64,000 nucleotides of DNA, taken from the IMG/VR virus record IMGVR_UViG_3300010347_000503, positions 26,894 to 90,893 of that record. One strand, 5' to 3'. A program made the position numbers and the translations under genes. Within the stretch, counting starts at the first letter, position 1; each line of letters begins with the position of its first letter. The DNA is from a virus. Its lineage: Duplodnaviria; Caudoviricetes. Under the pieces are notes generated by a model. The model worked only from the letters and a program-made list of their open reading frames with translations. It was not told the DNA's origin and did no database searches. Below are positions 6,494 to 14,049 of this stretch, in pieces.

Positions 6494-7161
6494 TAAAAAA
6501 ACTTTAATATAACTCCAAATAAACCATGGATGAAACACTTATTCGTGGCGATGTAAATGAACTCCAATGTATTTTAGACTTCCAAAAAAGAGGGTATTAT
6601 TGCAGTATTCCTTTCAGCGGTTCTTGTAGATACGATGTAGTTGTAGATATAAATAATAAATTATATCGTATTCAATGTAAATCATCTACTTTTCATGAAG
6701 AAGATGGAACATTAAGAATGTATGCTATTAGAACTACAACAAATACTCAAAAAACAATAAGGTATTCCTATTCAAAAGAAGAAGTAGATTTCTTTTATAC
6801 AAGTTGGAATAATTATGGCTTTTTAATTCCTGTGAATGAAGTTTCAACGACTAAATATTTAAGAGTAAAAAAGCCAAAAAATGGAATACAAGAGGGGATG
6901 TCTATTGCTGCTGATTATCTTATTGACAATGTTTTAGAAGCTATTGTTAATAATAAATCAATCAGTAAATATCAAGATAATAGATTTATTTCATGGAAAG
7001 AAAATGAACTTGAAAAAGTTTGGTCTGTTGATGAATTAAAATCTGTTTATCAAGATAGACAAATAAGATATATAAAGGAGTGCATCGCAAACAACAAAAT
7101 GGCTTATCAATATAATTGGAAGTATAAGGAGTTCCCTGAGTTATAAGAGTATTTTTTACTG
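6494..7161 (+). mobile_element. endonuclease-encoding tRNA intervening sequence without a group I core
   Basis: Ends pair (GTAAAAAA/TTTTTTAC, TATAACTC/GAGTTATA); the ORF fills 621 of 668 nt; no GACTA/TAGTC P7 as in the 12 group I introns here. Confidence 0.75.
6526..7146 (+). CDS. PD-(D/E)XK homing-endonuclease-like protein (I-Ssp6803I-like) with C-terminal NUMOD-like tail
   Basis: GDVNELQC...YDVVVD...RIQCKS motif spacing typical of intron-associated PD-(D/E)XK nucleases. Confidence 0.75.
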   Translation: MDETLIRGDVNELQCILDFQKRGYYCSIPFSGSCRYDVVVDINNKLYRIQCKSSTFHEEDGTLRMYAIRTTTNTQKTIRYSYSKEEVDFFYTSWNNYGFLIPVNEVSTTKYLRVKKPKNGIQEGMSIAADYLIDNVLEAIVNNKSISKYQDNRFISWKENELEKVWSVDELKSVYQDRQIRYIKECIANNKMAYQYNWKYKEFPEL

Positions 7162-7390
7162 GATCACGATGCCGTGGGTTCGAGTCCCGCCACCCCGATT
7201 AACCTTTTTGCTATTCAGCACCTTAAAATAAGGTATAGGTTAAAATATAATTTTTTAAGCGAAAATTATATTTCAAGGAAATTGTGAATATTGGTGGAAA
7301 AAATATCTATAAATGATATTTAAAAGAAAGCTCTATGGCTTAGATAGAGATCAATGAAATCACCAATACAAACTTTCTTTTAAATATTAT

Positions 7391-7463
7391 AGCTCATTAG
7401 CAGAATGGAATATGCGGGCGCCTCAAAAGTGTCAATTTCTGGGTTCGAATCCCAGATGGGCTA
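7391..7463 (+). tRNA. tRNA-Leu(CAA), short variable arm
   Basis: AGCTCAT/ATGGGCT; GGCGC-CTCAAAA-GTGTC. Confidence 0.75.
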
Positions 7464-7570
7464 GTGGTACTTAATAGTACCTGTAATGTACCTCTCCTTT
7501 CATCGTAAGTTGTGGTTATCAACGTGCTATAAGCGGGAACTGCTAGAGATCTTGAATCTGGTTCCCGTAT

Positions 7571-7641
7571 AGGGGATTAGCTTAATGGTAGAGCAGCGGG
7601 TTTTGATCCCGCGTGTGTGGGTTCGACTCCCGCATCCCTTA
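7571..7641 (+). tRNA. tRNA-Gln(TTG)
   Basis: AGGGGAT/ATCCCTT; GCGGG-TTTTGAT-CCCGC. Confidence 0.85.
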
Positions 7642-7791
7642 TTTACAGGGGTTAGTAATCTCTGTATAGTGAAAAAAATATCCATTAGAAAGTCGCCTGG
7701 ATAAGGCGCGCGCATCTTTTAAAGAGTGGATCCGGATTCTTTGCCCATATAGGGACACTAATGGCGTTTGCGGTCGACGATAAACCGCTTT

Positions 7792-7864
7792 ATCCCTGTA
7801 AGCTAATGGAATAGACTACTAGGTTACGACCCTAGATGTGTGGGTTCGAATCCCGCTGGGGATG
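7792..7864 (+). tRNA. tRNA-Arg(ACG)
   Basis: ATCCCTG/TGGGGAT; CTAGG-TTACGAC-CCTAG. Confidence 0.85.
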
Positions 7865-7867
7865 TAA

Positions 7868-7939
7868 GCAGGCGTAGTCTAATGGAAAGAACAGGGCACT
7901 TCTAATGCTCTAATGGGGGTTCGATTCCCTCCGCCTGTA
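7868..7939 (+). tRNA. tRNA-Arg(TCT)
   Basis: GCAGGCG/CGCCTGT; GGGCA-CTTCTAA-TGCTC. Confidence 0.9.
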
Positions 7940-7972
7940 GTTAGTCCTACTTTGCAAAAAGGAGGTATTAAA

Positions 7973-8266
7973 ATGTCTCGTTCATACAAAAAGAGTCCAG
8001 TTTATACAGATGGTAACGCGGGTACAACAAAAGAAATGAAGCGTTTAGCTAATAAAGTAGTTAGAAATACAGATTTTGATAAATTACCAATGAAAGGGAA
8101 AGGATATAAAAAATGTTTTCAATCTTGGAATATTCACGATTGGAGAGATAGATATACTAAACAAGAATGGGCAAATTATTATAATAAACAAATTAATCAT
8201 TGGTGGTTTACAGATACATATGAAGAACATATGAAACAATGGGATAAAATGTATCGGAGAAAATAA
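7973..8266 (+). CDS. hypothetical basic protein
   Basis: AGGAGG RBS supports a start at 7973 rather than 7913. Confidence 0.75.
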   Translation: MSRSYKKSPVYTDGNAGTTKEMKRLANKVVRNTDFDKLPMKGKGYKKCFQSWNIHDWRDRYTKQEWANYYNKQINHWWFTDTYEEHMKQWDKMYRRK

Positions 8267-8268
8267 AA

Positions 8269-8504
8269 ATGAAAACTGAAATAAAAATCAATGTTAATGA
8301 TTTAGAAACTTTTATAGCAGCATTAAATAATGCTATTATTGCTTATAATGATATTAGAGAGCGCCTTTCTTTTTTGGTATTGAGGAAGAAAATTTAAACT
8401 CTAAATGGTATGAAAATACTGGTCTTAATTATGAAATATTAACTGAAAGAATTGAAGAATTAAAATATGTATATGACCAATTATTAGAATTGGAAAATAA
8501 ATAA
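8269..8504 (+). pseudogene. hypothetical protein with -1 frameshift at a T6 run (8370-8375)
   Basis: MKTEIKINV...RLSF continues as FGIEEENL...LENK in the -1 frame. Confidence 0.55.
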
Positions 8505-8858
8505 GGGGTCGAAACAGTTTCGACGGGGTCTTGAAAATTATTAGTTCGCACGAAATGATATGCGCGTTATGCAATCAAACTTAAAATAAACGCAAAAGTT
8601 ATTTCTTTTAATTCTTATAGACCGGTAGCTATGGCTGCCTAATATAATGAATACCTCAAGTAATTCTATCGCTTCTGGTCAATGCTTGAGTGTTTAAGTA
8701 AAAGAAGCAAGTCGGTTCTTTGTAAACGCAGTTAGGAACAAAGTGGTGGGTCTAGGCAAAAACCTGTTAAAGTGAGAGAACACTTAGAAAACGCTATTGC
8801 GTAAAAAACTAATAATTAGTATGGATTTCGGACGCGGGGGCAGAGCCCGCCGGCTCCA
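8505..8858 (+). ncRNA. ssrA: tmRNA; tag peptide (A)KVISFNSYRPVAMAA* at 8592..8642
   Basis: 5-prime GGGGTCGAAACAGTTTCGAC; 3-prime GGACGCGGG..CCCGCCGGCTCCA; G3:U70 alanyl determinant; AATAAAC-GCA resume context; tag ends in AA. Confidence 0.92.
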
Positions 8859-8862
8859 CTTT

Positions 8863-8931
8863 AAGACGCTAACAGCAAAAATTTTAATATTTTTCCTACC
8901 AAATTTTTAGGATTCATTATAAAGCGTCTTG
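8863..8931 (+). repeat. stem-ACAGCAA-stem cassette
   Basis: AAGACGCT-AACAGCAA...AGCGTCTTG directly after the tmRNA. Confidence 0.65.
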
Positions 8932-8957
8932 ACATTTTAAAAAAATTATGATATAAT
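8929..8957 (+). promoter_or_regulatory. sigmaA-type promoter
   Basis: TTGACA-17-TATAAT with TG extension. Confidence 0.85.
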
Positions 8958-8998
8958 ATATATATCAAAACAAACAAAGAAAGGTAAATAAAAATCAA

Positions 8999-9304
8999 AT
9001 GGCAAAAAATTGGACATTGATTTACACAAATGCAGACACGACAACAGAAACAAGAGCAGAGAAAGTGCGGAAGGCGCGTAAGATTGATAATACAATCAGA
9101 AATATGAAATCACCGACCGCAGATCAATTAAAAAGAGAATCAGAGTTTACCTATGAAGTTAAAACTCTTGAGGAAGAGAAATTGCTTCGAGCTTTCGATG
9201 AAAAAAAGGTAAAATCAAAGGCGGCAATCAAGCAGGCATTGCGAATTAAAAGAGAACGAGCTGCCGCAGAAAAGAAAAAGGAAGCAGAAGCAGTAGAATC
9301 TTAA
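8999..9304 (+). CDS. hypothetical charged helical protein
   Basis: 101-aa ORF downstream of a promoter. Confidence 0.7.
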   Translation: MAKNWTLIYTNADTTTETRAEKVRKARKIDNTIRNMKSPTADQLKRESEFTYEVKTLEEEKLLRAFDEKKVKSKAAIKQALRIKRERAAAEKKKEAEAVES

Positions 9305-9372
9305 TAGATAAATGCCAAGAGCAAATGATGGCATTAAAGTTATGGGCGGTTGACTGACCTAAAGTTATAGAT

Positions 9373-9445
9373 GCTCCTGTAGTTCAAACGGATAGAACCC
9401 CGGCTTTGTAACCCGGTAATCTCGGATCATACCCGAGTGGGAGCT
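9373..9445 (+). tRNA. tRNA-Thr(TGT), atypical T-loop
   Basis: GCTCCTG/TGGGAGC; loop TTTGTAA; T-loop ATCATAC. Confidence 0.8.
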
Positions 9446-9540
9446 TTAAAAATTTTTCCAAATTTTGGGCGCAAGTTCATATAAGTATTAGATTTAATAA
9501 ACATAAAAGTGCTTCTATGAATAAAAATGATCCAAATTAA

Positions 9541-9660
9541 ATTGGTAAAGATTATGGAGTAACCGATAATACAATAAGAAAATGGTGTGTTGCAGAAAAT
9601 TTACCAAAAAGAAAAAAAGATATAAATGAAATATCTGATGAAAATTAGATTAATATTTAA
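9541..9660 (+). pseudogene. remnant of a homing-endonuclease C-terminal HTH
   Basis: IGKDYGVTDNTIRKWCVAENLPKRKKDINEISDEN*INI, with no intact start. Confidence 0.55.
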
Positions 9661-9664
9661 AAAC

Positions 9665-9735
9665 GCACTCGTAGTTTAAAGGAAAAATACTAGGCTTCCA
9701 ACCTGGAGTTGTGGTGTCAGGATCCATCGGGTGCT
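9665..9735 (+). tRNA. tRNA-Gly(TCC), atypical T arm
   Basis: GCACTCG/CGGGTGC; CTAGG-CTTCCAA-CCTGG. Confidence 0.75.
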
Positions 9736-9737
9736 TT

Positions 9738-9844
9738 AGGGCGAACAGCAAATCTTCTTCTAAATTAATAGAAGAACAAGAATAATTATGATGATACAAA
9801 TTATTCAAGGATTGTAAAAGATGTAATCTTTTTCCTGCCCTTAG
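9738..9844 (+). repeat. stem-ACAGCAA-stem cassette with three internal hairpins
   Basis: AGGGC-GAACAGCAA...GCCCT; inner stems TTCTTCT/AGAAGAA, GAATAATT/AATTATTC, AGGATT/AATCTT. Confidence 0.55.
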
Positions 9845-9921
9845 ACAATTAAAGGAAGAAGAGAAGCCATGATGAGAGTGTAAAACTCACTCCATTTTAC
9901 AATCATATACTTATTAGATCC

Positions 9922-9969
9922 GCCCCCACATATTATACTATACGATAACTTTGTGGGGGCATTTTTTTT
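9922..9969 (+). terminator. hairpin plus T-run (terminator-like)
   Basis: GCCCCCACA/TGTGGGGGC followed by ATTTTTTTT. Confidence 0.55.
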
Positions 9970-10043
9970 GTGATGGTCATCCAAGTGGCTTAAGGTACGC
10001 GGCTGCAACCCGCGGATCGTAGGTTCGAATCCTACCCATCACT
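9970..10043 (+). tRNA. tRNA-Cys(GCA)
   Basis: GTGATGG/CCATCAC; CGCGG-CTGCAAC-CCGCG. Confidence 0.9.
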
Positions 10044-10067
10044 TTTAACAAAAGAAAGGAGTATCAT

Positions 10068-10319
10068 ATGTATGCGGCGTTAATAAATAAAACGTATATG
10101 GCAAAAGGTCGTCAGATAATTCTATTTGACACAATAGAACAAGCACAAATGTTTGTTCAGGATTTCTTTCAATATGCAATAACTAAGGCTGCAAGCGGTG
10201 CTGGAAACGTATTTGATGTAATGGCTGCTCAAGGTAATGTAGATATTGAAGAATTCAAACTTGGTAAATATGATACAGATGTACAAACAGTAAATTTTAC
10301 TGATTTGGACAGAAAATAA
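10068..10319 (+). CDS. hypothetical protein
   Basis: 83-aa ORF, AAGGAG RBS. Confidence 0.7.
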   Translation: MYAALINKTYMAKGRQIILFDTIEQAQMFVQDFFQYAITKAASGAGNVFDVMAAQGNVDIEEFKLGKYDTDVQTVNFTDLDRK

Positions 10320-10374
10320 AAAAATAAGGTTATGAAAATAACCACAACTAAAAGTTGAAAAGGAGATAAAAGGA

Positions 10375-11935
10375 ATGAACACTTTTTTGAATGAAATGAA
10401 GAACGCTTCTAACTATGCAGTAACAGAGAACGGGGCTTTAGCACATAAAACCACACGTTCCGCAGTTTACGATATGTTTGCTCTTGGCGGTGCTTACCGC
10501 AAGAGAAGTGATGAAGACTGTATTCTCTTATTCAAGAACGCTCTTGAAGAGAATGAGACTCTGGCATTGAAGTGTCTGTTTTATTTACGTGATTGCCGCG
10601 GAGGTAAGCTCTTTGCCTAGCCTCCCTATATAGTGATATATAGTAAAAAATTCTGTGAACCCAAGCAAAAGGGGTGTCAGATTTAATCTGGCTAACGGTT
10701 CAGAAGATAGAAATATCGTTATGAGTAAGGGAACCTAAGTCTTATAAAGATATGGTAATACCGTGCCAAGCTACATTTGGTCAATTTTATAAAAATATTT
10801 TCTTATTATTTTAATATCTCTATGTAAGATTAGAACAGGGAGAAAAAATATGGGATATATTTATAAAATTGAAAACTTAATAAATCATAAAATTTATATT
10901 GGGCAAACTACTAAAGAACGACCTACTGATAGATTTAGTCAGCATCGTTATTTAACTAGGCATCCAGAACAAGAAACTTCTATTAGTTATCTTCATAGAG
11001 CGATGAATAAATATGGGGTAGAGAATTTTTCTTTTGAAATTATTGAAGAAATTGAAGATAATCTTCTTAATGAGAGAGAGCAATATTGGATAAAAGAAAA
11101 AGAATCTTTAATGCCAAATGGCTATAATATGACAATAGGTGGAGAAGGAACCATAGGATATTCAAGAATTCAATCTAAAGAAGAAAAAATGAAAAGAAGT
11201 AAATCAGTAAAAAAATTTTATGAGAATAATCCAGAAGCTATTAAAAAATTAAGAGAAAGAACTTTATCTTTATGGCAAGATGAAGAATACAGAAAACGAG
11301 TGACGGAAAGTAATAAAAAATTTTATTCTGAACATCCTGATAAATTTAAAGGAGAAAATAATCCAATGTATGGTAAACATCATACAGAAGAATCATTAGA
11401 AAAAATTCGTAACCATGCCGCAACTCGAAAAAATAAAATTGCCCAATTAGATAAAGACACTTTAGAAATTATTAACATTTATGATGGAATAAAAGATGCT
11501 GAAAAAGCGTTAGGTGTTGGTCATGGATGGATATCTAAAGCGGCAAGACAAGATAAAATTGCTTATGGATACAAATGGAAACTTATGTAGAAGGTGTAAC
11601 GACTAATATGTAGAATAGAGATTAGCACTATTCGAAGCGCAGAACTCTTTCTTAATTTTGGTTAAGAGAGATGAAGAGATAGTCTGCGAAATTATGAAAA
11701 TAATTTTATCGCCGTGCAGGGTGAAAGACGCTTCTTCCGCGTTTGCTATAAGTGGTTAGCTACTAAACACGCAGATATTGCTCGTAAATACATTGAGTGC
11801 ATCCCATATTATGGACGCTATGATGATATTTATTGCTTATTTAATACTCCTCTTGAACAAGATGCTTTAGCTTTTATTAAAAAAGAAATTGATAATGGCT
11901 TAGAAATTTTAGGTGCGTTAGATGAGTTGGGATAA
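10375..11935 (+). CDS. Ro60/TROVE-like (DUF2828-type) protein, N-terminal part; join(10375..10605,11717..11935), 149 aa
   Basis: TENGA..DMFA...YLRDCRGG|QGERRFFR is restored by splicing; ends LGALDELG*. Confidence 0.75.
10606..11716 (+). mobile_element. group I intron with GIY-YIG homing endonuclease
   Basis: Exon ends in U with P1 GGAGGT/GCCTCC; P7 strands ACGACTAA and GAGATAGTC; terminal G; in-frame ligation. Confidence 0.9.
10850..11590 (+). CDS. intron-encoded GIY-YIG endonuclease with NUMOD3/NUMOD1
   Basis: GYIYKIEN..KIYIGQT; ENNPMYGKHHTEES; KIAYGYKW. Confidence 0.9.
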   Translation: MGYIYKIENLINHKIYIGQTTKERPTDRFSQHRYLTRHPEQETSISYLHRAMNKYGVENFSFEIIEEIEDNLLNEREQYWIKEKESLMPNGYNMTIGGEGTIGYSRIQSKEEKMKRSKSVKKFYENNPEAIKKLRERTLSLWQDEEYRKRVTESNKKFYSEHPDKFKGENNPMYGKHHTEESLEKIRNHAATRKNKIAQLDKDTLEIINIYDGIKDAEKALGVGHGWISKAARQDKIAYGYKWKLM

Positions 11936-11954
11936 AAGTAAAAGGAGAATAAGT

Positions 11955-13010
11955 ATGGAAAATAATACAGGATTAATTTTTAAATGGTTAAAGTCAGAAA
12001 ATGCTTCTTCTAAAGAAAAAGCAATAGCTGTAAAAATAAGAAAATATCTTGGAATGACACATAAAGAATATAGAAAAATGCTTTCTTACGGAAGAGAAAA
12101 GACAAATGTTTTAGAAAAATTAATGTCTTCAAATGAGTGGAATAAAATAGACTTTTCTAAAATCCCTTCTAAGGCTGGTTTAATCTATAAGAATGCATTC
12201 GCAAGACGAGATATTATTGCAAAGAAGTATGAAGATTTTGCAAAAGATAAGAATACTACAGTTAATGCTGCGACTTTATATCCTTATGAAGTTGTTGCTA
12301 AAGCAATTGATACTTTTGGCTGGAGTTGTTGGGATAGAGGAACAGCAACTGAAACGGATAGAGCTATGATTGAAAAATATTGGAATAATCTTACAGATTA
12401 TTTTAATGGAAAACAGTCTAATATGCTTTGCGTAGTAGATACTTCAGGTTCTATGCACGGAACTCCTATTAATGTAGCTATTTCTCTTGGTATTTATTGT
12501 GCAGAGCGAGCTGGCGGTCCTTTTAAAGATCACTATATTAGTTTTAGTTCTCGTCCGCAGTTAATTAAGGTTGAAGGTGTTGATTTTGTAGATAAGGTTA
12601 AACGCATCTATCTAACAAATTTGTGTGCGAATACTAATCTTACACGCACTTTCGATATGCTTCTTGAAATTGCAAACCGCCCTGGAGTAAAAGAGGAAGA
12701 TATTCCAGAAACTATCTGTGTAATTAGTGATATGGAAATTGATTGCATGTCAAATTGGGGTTCTTCTAATACACAGACTGAAATGGAAAAAGTAAGAGAG
12801 AAATGGGCTAGATATGGACATAAACTTCCTAAGTTAGTATACTGGAATGTCGATGCTCGTAATAATATTATCTTGGATGGCGGTCCGGATGTTACATTCG
12901 TATCTGGTATGAGTCCAGTCATTTTCGAGAATGTCTTGACAGGTAAAACTGGTTGGGATTTATGTCTTGAGAAATTGCTTTCTAAGAGATATGAAGCTAT
13001 CACTGCTTAA
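11955..13010 (+). CDS. Ro60/TROVE-like protein, C-terminal part with vWA (MIDAS) domain
   Basis: Own AAGGAG RBS; KWLKSENAS; VVDTSGSM; ISDME; YWNV. Confidence 0.8.
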   Translation: MENNTGLIFKWLKSENASSKEKAIAVKIRKYLGMTHKEYRKMLSYGREKTNVLEKLMSSNEWNKIDFSKIPSKAGLIYKNAFARRDIIAKKYEDFAKDKNTTVNAATLYPYEVVAKAIDTFGWSCWDRGTATETDRAMIEKYWNNLTDYFNGKQSNMLCVVDTSGSMHGTPINVAISLGIYCAERAGGPFKDHYISFSSRPQLIKVEGVDFVDKVKRIYLTNLCANTNLTRTFDMLLEIANRPGVKEEDIPETICVISDMEIDCMSNWGSSNTQTEMEKVREKWARYGHKLPKLVYWNVDARNNIILDGGPDVTFVSGMSPVIFENVLTGKTGWDLCLEKLLSKRYEAITA

Positions 13011-13084
13011 TATAATATAATAAATAATAAATAAAAGGAAGGTTTGACCTTCCTTTTTAATTTTATACAAAGGAGGTACTATTG

Positions 13085-13942
13085 ATGATAATAAGTTCTT
13101 TAGCTAAAACTGTGATTATTTCCCCTAACAAAAGTATAAGACAACAAAATAAATATTATTGTAAAATAGATACAATAACAATTCATGTCATGGCGGGAAA
13201 TCTTTCTGTAGAAACTTGCGGAAATGTATTTAAAGATCCAAAAAGACAAGCTTCTTCTAATTATGGCGTAGATAGTAAGGGCAATATTGCTTGTTATGTT
13301 CCAGAAGAATATAGATCTTGGGCAACAAGTAATAAACCAAATGATTATCGTGCTATTACAATAGAAGTAGCTAATGATAAAGGAAAACAAACTGGATATC
13401 ATGTAACTGATACAGCATTAAATTCTTTAGTAACTTTAATTGCCGATATCTGCAAAAGAAATGGCATTAAAAAATTAATTTGGTCTGATAATAAAAACAA
13501 TAGAGTAAATCATTTAAATGGTTGTAATATGACTGTTCATAGAGATTATGCTGCGAAAGCTTGTCCTGGAGATTACTTAATGAGTAAGCATCCTTGGATT
13601 GCAGAAAGTGTTAATAATTTGCTTGCGGGAGCCCCTGTTCCAGTCCCCGCCCCATCAAATTATATATATGAAAATATTGATTACACTTCTGTTTTTGATC
13701 CAGTATTTTATTCTAATAAATATTCAGATTTAAAAGCGGCTTTTGGTAATAATACTACTTTACTATTTAATCATTTTATTAAAAATGGAATAAAAGAAGC
13801 AAGACAAGCTATTACAACTTTCGATCCAAAAATATATAGACAGAAATATCCAGATTTAAATGCTGCTTTTGGAAATAATTGGGAATATTATTACAAACAT
13901 TATTGCACAATAGGCAGAAATGAAGGTAGAACAGGAATTTAA
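13085..13942 (+). CDS. N-acetylmuramoyl-L-alanine amidase (Amidase_2) with C-terminal repeats
   Basis: ITIHVMAG, ASSNY, ITIEVAN, HRDYAAKACPG; FDPxxY repeats. Confidence 0.85.
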   Translation: MIISSLAKTVIISPNKSIRQQNKYYCKIDTITIHVMAGNLSVETCGNVFKDPKRQASSNYGVDSKGNIACYVPEEYRSWATSNKPNDYRAITIEVANDKGKQTGYHVTDTALNSLVTLIADICKRNGIKKLIWSDNKNNRVNHLNGCNMTVHRDYAAKACPGDYLMSKHPWIAESVNNLLAGAPVPVPAPSNYIYENIDYTSVFDPVFYSNKYSDLKAAFGNNTTLLFNHFIKNGIKEARQAITTFDPKIYRQKYPDLNAAFGNNWEYYYKHYCTIGRNEGRTGI

Positions 13943-13946
13943 TAAT

Positions 13947-13972
13947 GCGGGAGATGGAACTCCATCTCCCGC
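13947..13972. repeat. GCGGRAGAT..ATCTYCCGC palindrome (family member)
   Basis: Related hairpins at 16568, 20997, 26375, 35278, 41010, 43575, 44603 and 53249. Confidence 0.75.
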
Positions 13973-14049
13973 ATTTTTTATTACTATTGATTTTTATTAA
14001 AATTTTTGATATAATATATATAAATAAAAAAGAAAGAAGATGTTTATTG

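Larger units (their letters stand above)
6458..7198 (+). tRNA. tRNA-Pro(TGG) split by a 668-nt insertion (exons 6458..6493 and 7162..7198)
   Basis: Joined exons give CGGGGTG/CACCCCG-A, AGTC/GACT D arm, CGTGA-TTTGGGA-TCACG and GTGGG-TTCGAGT-CCCGC. Confidence 0.85.

Noticed and set aside
6494-7161. Calling the tRNA-Pro insert a group I intron or an archaeal BHB intron
   Set aside because: No P3/P7 core and no space for one; the exon-intron junction is a continuous helix without 3-nt bulges
7533-7569. Hairpin with CTTGA loop as a Ser anticodon mimic
   Set aside because: The best stem leaves a 5-nt loop, not a 7-nt anticodon loop
13945-14049. ORF-track N-terminal extensions (13945, 7913, 52727, 53236, 58633, 59707)
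   Set aside because: They read through palindromes, tRNA or intron core; better RBS-linked starts lie downstream
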